Shown here: positions 8,349 to 15,608 of the stretch, in pieces
Layout of the letters: every line of letters begins with the position of its first letter
Position numbering within the stretch: the first letter of the stretch is position 1
From: Candidatus Culexmicrobium profundum
Lineage (GTDB): Archaea; Thermoproteota; Methanomethylicia; Culexarchaeales; Culexmicrobiaceae
Length of the DNA: 32,214 bases
Assembly: GCA_025061245.1 (NCBI GenBank)
Contig: JANZKD010000001.1
Span: 1-32,214, forward strand
Direction of reading: 5' to 3'
Made by a program: the position numbers and the translations under genes
Notes under the pieces: model-generated
Told to the model about the DNA's origin: nothing
The model's input: only the letters and a program-made list of their open reading frames with translations
The model's database searches: none

Positions 8349-9278
8349 TTAACTTAATACCTTCTCTTTCAATCTACAAAATGCACATAGGTCTTGCGAA
8401 GTAGGATAGCCACATTTAATACATTCATTAATTTTTTGATCTACCTTGTCTGAATAGTGGCTCTCTAATGCTTTATAGATTTTATTTGTAAAGTTTCTTA
8501 ATAGTGAGAGTTTTGTTCCTGGTCTGATTTCTTCTAGTTGCATTATTATTTTCTTGAATTTTAGTATTGGTGAGTCTTGTGCATAGGGGCATGGTATTTC
8601 AATGTATTTTAAATTATTTATTAGACAGTAGATTTGAGTTTCTAAGTCTGAGATTTCACATAGTGGTTTTATTCTGGCTATTAGTTTTTCATGTATTTTT
8701 GGTAAGTGTGGTTTTCTTTTGAGGAGCATGTTAATGTTTCCGTTGATGTAGTTTAACATTAAAAATGTAACTTCATCATCTAGGGTGTGGCCTGTTGCTA
8801 TTTTGTCTGCATTAATTTCAAGTGCATATTCATTTAATATTCTTCTTTTGATTAATCCGCAAATTGAGCATGGAGGTCTTCTAATTTTTCTTACAGCTTC
8901 ATTGATTGTGAATCCATATTTCTCTTTAATGGAGATAACCTTGTTTTCAATCTTTATTGTTGAGCATATTTGATTGAAGATTTCTCTACTTTTTGTTGAG
9001 TATTCATTGATTCCTAAGTCGATATGCACTGCCATCAACTCGTTGGTATCTTTGAGTATTTCGGTTAATGCATGTAGCATTGCAATACTATCTTTTCCTC
9101 CTGAAACTCCAATTAATATCTTTTCATTGTGTTTAATCATCTGGTATTTCTTTATTGTTTTTGCTACTCTGTTTATGAAGTATGTTTTAAAGTGTTCTTT
9201 GCATAATCTGATGCCTGCATATTTCAGGGATATGAATGCTTTTGACTTGCACATTGAACATTTACTCTTTTTTCTCAT
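8349..9278 (-). CDS. TtuA/NcsA-family tRNA 2-thiolation PP-loop ATPase
   Basis: PP-loop SGGKDS, GHTLDDE, Fe-S ligands PPCSICG and PCPYA, and N- and C-terminal zinc fingers (CSMC...CKEH; CIKCG...CAFC). I start at the internal ATG 9278, which has AGGTGA upstream. The track ORF extends to 9386 through an implausible leader. Confidence 0.8.
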   Translation of the reverse strand: MRKKSKCSMCKSKAFISLKYAGIRLCKEHFKTYFINRVAKTIKKYQMIKHNEKILIGVSGGKDSIAMLHALTEILKDTNELMAVHIDLGINEYSTKSREIFNQICSTIKIENKVISIKEKYGFTINEAVRKIRRPPCSICGLIKRRILNEYALEINADKIATGHTLDDEVTFLMLNYINGNINMLLKRKPHLPKIHEKLIARIKPLCEISDLETQIYCLINNLKYIEIPCPYAQDSPILKFKKIIMQLEEIRPGTKLSLLRNFTNKIYKALESHYSDKVDQKINECIKCGYPTSQDLCAFCRLKEKVLS

Positions 9279-9400
9279 TTGTTTCTCACCTTTCCTTAAT
9301 CTGGTTCTATCCTGATATTTATACTCAAGCGCAAAAATTAAAAGTATCATCATATCCAAAGACATAAGGCACAGGCTGTATAGCATTTGGCGGTGTACCT

Positions 9401-11203
9401 ATGTTTCGTCCAGTTGAAATGAAGAAAATTTACATAGTAACGCTCTCTAGACATTTCAATAAGGTAATGGAAGGTCTAGCTAAGTTAGGAGTTGTACATT
9501 TAGCTGATGCTAGAGAGACATTTGAAAAATTAGAGTCTGTTATTGAAGATTTGAGAGATAGGTTGAGAGAGGTTCCGCTTTTTGTTAATGAGTTGAAGAC
9601 GTTACTAGATAAAGTTGATGTTTTAATGAAAAAATTAGAGGTAGAAGATAAATATGTCAAGTTAAGTAAGTTTAAAGGTTTAAGTGTAGAGGATGCTTTA
9701 AAGGTTATAGAAGAGAGAGTTGATGCAATTAATTCAGAGTATGGGGAATTTGTTAAAAAGGCTGAAGAACTTAGTGAGTTGGAGTCGCGACTGAAGGAGT
9801 TGGAGTCAAAGTTTAAAGAAGTTGAACATTTACCTGACACTTCTTCTGTTAAAGTGAAATTGAGAGAAGAATTAGAGTTGGTTAGTGCAGAATTTCAAAT
9901 GAAGATGCAACTTTTGAGAAACTTTCTTGAGTCATTGAGGGAAAAGCATGCTGATTTCTTACTTGAGGCTAAAACGTTTATTGAAATGTATTTGCCGCTT
10001 GAGGAGTCTAAGGTTTTAACTGTGCATACTCCGCTTTTATCTTTTATTGAGGGATTTGTTCCTGTTACTGAAATGGAGAAAGTGAAGTCAATAGTAGAGG
10101 ACTTAACTGATGGTGAGGTCTTAGTGCTGGTTTCTGATTTAGATGAGCATGAGGAAGCTCCTGTTGTGCTTAGGACTCCAAAGTTCATAAAGCCTTTTGA
10201 AACATTGATTAAGACTTATGATGTTCCTTCCTATCATGAGATTAATCCTTCACTTGTAGTTGCGATAACTTTCCCCCTTATATTTGGGTTGATGTTCGCT
10301 GATGTTGGGCATGGATTATTATTGGCGTTATTTGGCGTAGCTATGATTTATGCTAAAAAGAAGGGTTTACCTCCTTCAGAGATGATTCGACTTATAGCTT
10401 CGGGTGCGGAGGTTTATATACTATGTGGAGTAGCTGCAATGTTTGGTGGATTGATGTTTGGTGAAATGTTTGGTTTCCATATGTATGAGATATTAGGTAA
10501 AGCATTTGAGCATCCTCCATTGGGCTTTATATTGGAGAGCATTCCAGGTATTGGGAAAGTGTTTAGTCCTTTGGAGGATCCAATGAAGATGTTTAAGTTG
10601 TCTCTTATTGTTGGTGCGATACATATTGGAATAGGGTTGACTTTAAGAATTCTAAATGAAGTTCTTCTTGGAGAGTATAAGGAGGCATTCTTTGGCTCTG
10701 TTTGTTGGCTTTGGTTTTACGTGGGGTTCATATATTTGGTTTTGTTTAAATTTAAGCTTAATATAGATTTGTGGATTGGAAACACCATACCCTCTCCTCA
10801 GAATCCTCTTCCAATAGGATTTATTGCAATTGTTCTTCCAATAATCATAATGTTTGCAGGAATGGTGAAGCTTGAAGGTTTCATAGACGGGTTTGCACAT
10901 GTCTTTGAGGCAATGATAAGCTCGTTGTCACATACAGTTTCTTATGGACGTATATTAGCTCTTTCTCTTTCACATGGAATTCTAAGTAAATTGTTGACAG
11001 ATGCTTTCCATGCATTGGGTCTTCTGGGGTATCCTATTTTGGCTATTGGAACAATTTTCATGGTAATGGCATTAGAGGGTTTAGTTTCGTTTACACACGT
11101 ACTTAGGTTGACTTGGGTTGAATTTGGTTTCAAGTATTTCCATGGAGGGGGAATGGAGTTTAAACCTTTATCTTTTGGAGTGAATCTTTATGAAGGTGAA
11201 TGA
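9401..11203 (+). CDS. atpI: A/V-type ATPase subunit I (a), full length
   Basis: 600 aa. N-terminal coiled-coil cytoplasmic domain, PSYHEINPS...FPLIFGLMFADVGHG, and SHTVSYGRILALSLSHG with the essential stator Arg. Confidence 0.9.
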   Translation: MFRPVEMKKIYIVTLSRHFNKVMEGLAKLGVVHLADARETFEKLESVIEDLRDRLREVPLFVNELKTLLDKVDVLMKKLEVEDKYVKLSKFKGLSVEDALKVIEERVDAINSEYGEFVKKAEELSELESRLKELESKFKEVEHLPDTSSVKVKLREELELVSAEFQMKMQLLRNFLESLREKHADFLLEAKTFIEMYLPLEESKVLTVHTPLLSFIEGFVPVTEMEKVKSIVEDLTDGEVLVLVSDLDEHEEAPVVLRTPKFIKPFETLIKTYDVPSYHEINPSLVVAITFPLIFGLMFADVGHGLLLALFGVAMIYAKKKGLPPSEMIRLIASGAEVYILCGVAAMFGGLMFGEMFGFHMYEILGKAFEHPPLGFILESIPGIGKVFSPLEDPMKMFKLSLIVGAIHIGIGLTLRILNEVLLGEYKEAFFGSVCWLWFYVGFIYLVLFKFKLNIDLWIGNTIPSPQNPLPIGFIAIVLPIIIMFAGMVKLEGFIDGFAHVFEAMISSLSHTVSYGRILALSLSHGILSKLLTDAFHALGLLGYPILAIGTIFMVMALEGLVSFTHVLRLTWVEFGFKYFHGGGMEFKPLSFGVNLYEGE

Positions 11204-11275
11204 TTTTTTCTAAATAAGAAGTCTTATAAGGAGATTGAATTTTTTATTGATAGTAGAAAAATGGAGGTGTGATGG

Positions 11276-11743
11276 TTGGACCCAACTCTTATGGGTATGC
11301 TTGGTATAGTATTTGCTAGTTGTGCTTCTATTGGTGGAGCGGCGTATGGAATAATTACTGCTGGTGTGTCTATGGCTGGTGCAGGTACTGAGAGGCCTGA
11401 AATAGTCACTAAGGCTTTATTGGCAGTAGTACTGGCTGAAGCTATTGGTATTTATGGGCTGTTGACTTCAGTAATGTTAATTACTAAGATGGACGTTCTA
11501 ATAGCTTCTTATGATGCTGCTGTTAAGGGGTTTTTTGCTGGCTTAATAATGGGAATCTGCGGCTTAGTTGCTGCATTAGCTATTGGTTATACAGGCTCTG
11601 CTATGGCTGGTGCAGGTACTGAGAGGCCTGAAATAGTCACTAAGGTGTTATTGTCTGTAGTACTGGCTGAGGCATTAGCGATTTATGGATTGTTGATTTC
11701 GATAATGGTGATAAATACCATTGGAGTTGCAGTTCCACATTAG
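11276..11743 (+). CDS. atpK: A/V-type ATPase proteolipid subunit K (c), tandem-duplicated 4-TM form with two carboxylates
   Basis: TTG start 6 nt after GGAGGTG. Two hairpin halves each carry AGAGTERPEIVTK..L..VVLAEA..IYGLL. Confidence 0.9.
   Translation: MDPTLMGMLGIVFASCASIGGAAYGIITAGVSMAGAGTERPEIVTKALLAVVLAEAIGIYGLLTSVMLITKMDVLIASYDAAVKGFFAGLIMGICGLVAALAIGYTGSAMAGAGTERPEIVTKVLLSVVLAEALAIYGLLISIMVINTIGVAVPH
11370..11414 (+). repeat. Copy 1 of a 45-nt perfect direct repeat inside atpK
   Basis: CTATGGCTGGTGCAGGTACTGAGAGGCCTGAAATAGTCACTAAGG is identical to 11601-11645. The offset is 231 nt (77 codons). Confidence 0.95.
11601..11645 (+). repeat. Copy 2 of the 45-nt perfect direct repeat inside atpK
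   Basis: Identical to 11370-11414. The flanking bases differ on both sides, and partial similarity continues downstream. Confidence 0.95.
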
Positions 11744-11763
11744 TGTACTTATAGGTGTAATCA

Positions 11764-12366
11764 ATGGCTTCGCAAAATGCTTCCTCTGAGCGGGATGAGC
11801 GATATTATGGTCTAGTGCTTAGATTAGAGGAGATCGATAGAGAGATAAATGGGACACAGAGACTTGATAAAAGGCGGTTATTGAAGGCTAAGAAAAGGCA
11901 TTTGGGCATTTTTTTGGAGACTATTAGGTCTAGAGAGGAAAACGTGCTGAAGTCTTTACATCTTATCGATCGTCATAAGCGAGTGTTAAGGCGAAAGAAG
12001 CCTGGTTTGTTTTTTAAATTGTCAAGGTCTTTGTATAGGCTTTTTAGACCTATTATTCGATTGTTGTCTAAGTTTGCTTCTATTATTTCTATTCCTTCTC
12101 CTCCTCCTTCTAGCTTTGCAAGGAATTGGTCTTTTACGGAGGAAGAGTTGTACCTTTGGAGTAAAGATTTCTCTATGAATCTTCTTAATAATGTTAAGAG
12201 TAATGCGCTTCTTTTGAGAAGTAAGGCTAAAACTGATCTTCATAAGATGAAGTTGAAGATTAGGAAGGGTAGATTGGGTTGGAAGGAAAAGTCGAAGGGA
12301 ATATTATCTAAGGCTTCTGAGTCTTTGAAGAGGGGAAAAGAAACAGCCTTCAAATATGTGAAGTGA
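11764..12366 (+). CDS. Hypothetical very basic (Arg/Lys-rich), helix-rich soluble protein downstream of atpK
   Basis: ATG 6 nt after AGGTG, 20 nt after the atpK stop, same strand. No TM helices and no motif I recognise. Occupies the operon slot usually held by a stalk subunit. Confidence 0.5.
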   Translation: MASQNASSERDERYYGLVLRLEEIDREINGTQRLDKRRLLKAKKRHLGIFLETIRSREENVLKSLHLIDRHKRVLRRKKPGLFFKLSRSLYRLFRPIIRLLSKFASIISIPSPPPSSFARNWSFTEEELYLWSKDFSMNLLNNVKSNALLLRSKAKTDLHKMKLKIRKGRLGWKEKSKGILSKASESLKRGKETAFKYVK

Positions 12367-12368
12367 GC

Positions 12369-13430
12369 TTAGTAGGTTAGTGATTTTTGTATTTCATTGG
12401 CTGATAATCCATATGACTTCCCATAAATTATTGCTTTTAGGTTTTTTACTTCGAACCATTTGAGTCCTAAGAATGCTACGATTAATCCTATATTGAAAGG
12501 AAACGGTTTTCTCCACAGTGTTTTATAATATCCGTATAGGTATTTGTTTAGTATGATTTCGATGTCCGTTAGCTTATTTTCTCTTGCTAGTTCCCTGATT
12601 TGTTTGAATATCTCTCTGTATTGCTCCGCTAGAGTTATCTTTAGTGCCTCTGTTGTGTCTTTGGTTAGAAAGGCTTTTCTCAGAGTTTTAATGGGTATTT
12701 TGTAGGTTTTTTCAATTAGGTTTTCTGCCATTTCTTCCCAAGGGATATTGAGTATTCTTCCTCTAATGGTGTTTTTTACATTGCAGAGGTCTATTTCTAT
12801 TCCAATGTTTTCTTTAGCAATTTTTTTGTCGCTACCTTTTAGCTTATCTGCACTTTCCTGCATTTCTATATAAATGCTTTTGTCTAGTGCTATTTCCCAT
12901 GAAATTAGGTCCTCGTTGCTTTTTAGTTTGTTGTTTTCTATTAGTTTATTGAGATTTATTATTGAGCCTTTTAGATATAGTCTTTGTAGGAGGTCTTTAA
13001 TGTGTTTTGCTTTGGTGTAGGCGTCTAGGTATTCCTTTGTTGAGAGTCCTAGGGGTATTGGGATTAGATATTGTTCAAGTTTTTGTGCTGGTAACTGGAG
13101 ATATTTGCATCTCATTGCTGCTTTGACGTTTTCTTCTTCAAATTTTGTCAGGTATTTGGCTATGAATGTGTTTACGTTTTTGGGTAGCCATTTAATTATT
13201 TCTTGGATTGTGTCGAACATGCTTTGTATGACTGCTTTTTCTAGTTCTATTGGAGTTGATTGTTCGTTTATGTTTCTTATGTATTGTGCGTAGGCTGTGG
13301 AGTTTAGGTATTTGTATAGTTCTTTGTATGGTCTGTTGAGCAATGCGTTGTAGTCTTCTGTTTTTAATAATCTGTTTTTCATTCCTCTTATCTTTGCACT
13401 TATAAATCCATATCTTGCTACATTGGACAT
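12369..13430 (-). CDS. atpC: A/V-type ATPase subunit C (eukaryotic d homologue)
   Basis: The N-terminus YGFISAKIRGMKNRLLKTEDYNALL is the characteristic AtpC/AC39 start. The 353 aa length fits. Confidence 0.85.
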   Translation of the reverse strand: MSNVARYGFISAKIRGMKNRLLKTEDYNALLNRPYKELYKYLNSTAYAQYIRNINEQSTPIELEKAVIQSMFDTIQEIIKWLPKNVNTFIAKYLTKFEEENVKAAMRCKYLQLPAQKLEQYLIPIPLGLSTKEYLDAYTKAKHIKDLLQRLYLKGSIINLNKLIENNKLKSNEDLISWEIALDKSIYIEMQESADKLKGSDKKIAKENIGIEIDLCNVKNTIRGRILNIPWEEMAENLIEKTYKIPIKTLRKAFLTKDTTEALKITLAEQYREIFKQIRELARENKLTDIEIILNKYLYGYYKTLWRKPFPFNIGLIVAFLGLKWFEVKNLKAIIYGKSYGLSANEIQKSLTY

Positions 13431-13478
13431 TCAAACCGCTCCTAATTTTTTGTTAAAACCCTTATGAACTCATTAAGT

Positions 13479-14045
13479 TCACTTATAAAACCCTTGCCTA
13501 AGGTTTTTGGGTGTTGCCAGTAGGGTGTATGTTATAATTGTGAAGAGCCAAGCTATTATTCCTATGACTATTCCTAAGTTGGCATGTGCTTCGCTATAGA
13601 TTTTTCCAATCATGTATCCTAAAATTATGAAGGGTGCCATAAGTGTGAGGAGGATTGTGCTTCTAAGAAGTATTGTTTTGAATAGTTTTTTGCGTTGCTC
13701 TATTATGTCTTTTTGTTTTTCTCTTTCTTCTATTCTTATTTCATTCTCTACTTTTTCTGCTTCTTTTATCATTTCTGTTTTTTCTTTTTTCTTCTCTGTT
13801 GGTGGTTTTACTAGGACTACTGCGTTTTTTATTGCTTCGCCGAGTGTGCTTGGTTTTTTTCCATGTTGTCGATTGATTTTGCATGCTATACTTATAACGT
13901 CTAGTGGTATCCATTTCTCTCCTTTGATGTATTCTTCTAATTCTTTTTCTGTTGTTTTTGTTTTGGCTAAAAATTCTTCTTTGGTTATAAGTTTTATGGC
14001 CTTTTTCAGTGTTTCTACTACTGTTGGAGTGGGCTCCACATACAT
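13479..14045 (-). CDS. Hypothetical membrane-tethered protein with an XRE-like HTH N-domain, Lys/Glu-rich linker and two C-terminal TM helices
   Basis: ITKEEFLAKTKTTEKELEEYIKGEKWIPLDVISIACKI resembles the XRE HTH pattern. It is followed by an EKKKEKTEMIKEAEKVENEIRIEEREKQK linker, then two hydrophobic helices. Packed between atpI-like and atpC on the same strand. Confidence 0.5.
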   Translation of the reverse strand: MYVEPTPTVVETLKKAIKLITKEEFLAKTKTTEKELEEYIKGEKWIPLDVISIACKINRQHGKKPSTLGEAIKNAVVLVKPPTEKKKEKTEMIKEAEKVENEIRIEEREKQKDIIEQRKKLFKTILLRSTILLTLMAPFIILGYMIGKIYSEAHANLGIVIGIIAWLFTIITYTLLATPKNLRQGFYK

Positions 14046-14068
14046 TACTACTTCCCATTTAGTTATAT

Positions 14069-15460
14069 CTAGTGTGCGAATTTAGATATTTTCCCTGCAA
14101 ATAAAGTGTGTGGCATGCTTAATGCTACTTCGCTGCCTGTGCCTTTATAGAATTTTGAAAACCATTCGACCCACATTAGCCTTGTTGTATGAATGAATAT
14201 CACTAGTCCTTCCAATATCATTACTATAAGTGTTCCTATTGCCATCATTGCAATGTTTCCGCCAGATATTTTTATGAACATGCTACTCATTAGTGAGTGC
14301 GCAAGGTTTAATGCTAATATTCTTCCATAGGAGATTGTGTTGCTAAGTGAGGATATTGCTACTTCAAAGGTCATGGCGAAACCTTCAGCCGGGTCTCCTA
14401 TTATCATTTTTCCAATAAGCATTATTGTTAATGGTGCTAGGATTCCATAAAATGTTAATGGATTTGTGATCCATCGCATTATTTCTAGCTTATTTGTGAA
14501 TATGGAATATATGAAGCTTACATAGAACCATAACCAGCATCCCGGTTCTAAGAATGCCTCCAGGTAGTCTTTTTCTAGTATCTTGTTTATGGTGCTCATT
14601 ACTAATCCTGAGCCTATATGGATTCCTCCGACAAGTATTGATAACTTGAACATGTTCATTGGATCTTCTATTGAGTTTATAGGAAGCGTTATTCCTATGG
14701 GTTGTGGTATTCTCAATTTAAATGGTACCATTTCTATGTGGTGTCCAAAGAATTCTCCGAATAGCAGGCCTGTTACCATGGATGCAATGCCGCAGAATAG
14801 GAATATGCTTGCATTCTCAACTATGTAGCTGGTCAAGTTGAATATACTTTTCATTGATGATTTGATTGTTCTTATTATGAGCTTCACTATAATGTGATGT
14901 GTTTCATCTATTTCTTTTTCTATCCACTTTTCAACTCTTATCAGCCTAACTTCTTTATAGTTTGCTATGAGTGCTGTTAGGCCTAGCAATGTTAGGAGGA
15001 ACCCTTGACCCAGATCTGCGAACATTAGTGAGAATATTAATGGGAAGAACATTGCTAGTATTGGGGTGGGATCTATTTCGTTGTATGCTGGTGTTCCAAA
15101 TGCTCTTACGATATTTTCAAATGGCTTCAGAATTTTGTGGTTTCTTAGTATTGTTGGTGCATTTTCTTCTTCGTGAATTATTTCGAATGTGCAATTGATT
15201 CTATCAAGGCTCTTTAGTTTTTTAGATACTTCTTCTGCACTCTTGGCTGGTATCCATCCCTCTATATAAGTTGCTTCCTTTAATGATAGGCCGCCATGAA
15301 GGGGAAGTAGTTCTTCCCAACCGCTTATATCTTTAATAATGCCTGAGAGATAAAAATGAGCATTTCCATTTAATAGGTCAACTATGTTCTCTAGGTGTTT
15401 TTTCTCAACTAATACTCTAACTTTTAAGAGTCGTAAGGGCCTCATAATATTGTCCCGCAT
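14069..15460 (-). CDS. A/V-type ATPase subunit I paralogue with truncated cytoplasmic N-domain
   Basis: 463 aa. TPAYNEIDPTP...FPLIFSLMFADLGQG and SNTISYGRILALNLAHS (stator Arg) are conserved. The YNEIDP motif is at aa 126, against aa 278 in the 600-aa copy. The start could be M6 (15445), giving an MRPLRLL N-terminus parallel to MFRPVEM. Confidence 0.85.
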   Translation of the reverse strand: MRDNIMRPLRLLKVRVLVEKKHLENIVDLLNGNAHFYLSGIIKDISGWEELLPLHGGLSLKEATYIEGWIPAKSAEEVSKKLKSLDRINCTFEIIHEEENAPTILRNHKILKPFENIVRAFGTPAYNEIDPTPILAMFFPLIFSLMFADLGQGFLLTLLGLTALIANYKEVRLIRVEKWIEKEIDETHHIIVKLIIRTIKSSMKSIFNLTSYIVENASIFLFCGIASMVTGLLFGEFFGHHIEMVPFKLRIPQPIGITLPINSIEDPMNMFKLSILVGGIHIGSGLVMSTINKILEKDYLEAFLEPGCWLWFYVSFIYSIFTNKLEIMRWITNPLTFYGILAPLTIMLIGKMIIGDPAEGFAMTFEVAISSLSNTISYGRILALNLAHSLMSSMFIKISGGNIAMMAIGTLIVMILEGLVIFIHTTRLMWVEWFSKFYKGTGSEVALSMPHTLFAGKISKFAH

Positions 15461-15555
15461 TAAACTGAAATATTATAATATATTAAGTTTTTGGATTGTA
15501 ATTAATCTAGAGTAAATTTATATTTAAATCAATATATCTCAATATGCTAGAATAT

Positions 15556-15583
15556 AATAGAGAGAAAAACTTTTCTCTCTATT
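15556..15583. promoter_or_regulatory. Perfect 13-bp inverted repeat (2-nt spacer) in a divergent promoter region; candidate operator
   Basis: AATAGAGAGAAAA-AC-TTTTCTCTCTATT. It lies 25 nt upstream of the GTG start at 15609 and overlaps a TATA-like AATATAAT. Confidence 0.5.
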
Positions 15584-15608
15584 TACAAACTAATATTATG
15601 GTGATGTC

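Noticed and set aside
8785-9315. Two plus-strand ORFs (62 and 113 aa)
   Set aside because: They are antisense to the TtuA-like gene, which has unambiguous PP-loop and zinc-finger motifs. Their products are low-complexity and hydrophobic.
9430-10188. Ser/Thr-rich minus-strand ORFs (136 and 97 aa)
   Set aside because: They are antisense to the coiled-coil region of atpI. The Ser/Leu-rich composition is what Glu/Lys-rich codons give on the opposite strand.
11370-11645. The 45-nt direct repeat as a CRISPR-like or mobile-element repeat
   Set aside because: There are only two copies. Both are in frame inside one gene and encode the equivalent loop of the two proteolipid hairpins, so this is an intragenic duplication feature.
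12022-12243. 73-aa Arg-rich minus-strand ORF
   Set aside because: It is antisense to the 11764-12366 ORF. That ORF has a proper SD and operon context, while the antisense frame is a low-complexity mirror image.
13612-14085. 157-aa plus-strand ORF and the 105-aa minus-strand alternative frame (13741-14058)
   Set aside because: Both overlap the 13479-14045 ORF, which fits the operon spacing and has an HTH plus TM architecture. The alternatives are low-complexity (Phe/Ser-rich or Arg/Lys-rich) shadows. Residual uncertainty is noted in the corresponding finding.
14069-15460. Short atpI paralogue as a pseudogene or gene fragment
   Set aside because: The reading frame is uninterrupted for 463 aa. 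Both N-terminal and pre-TM1 homology blocks and the SYGRILAL stator-Arg motif are intact. It heads a tightly packed three-gene operon.
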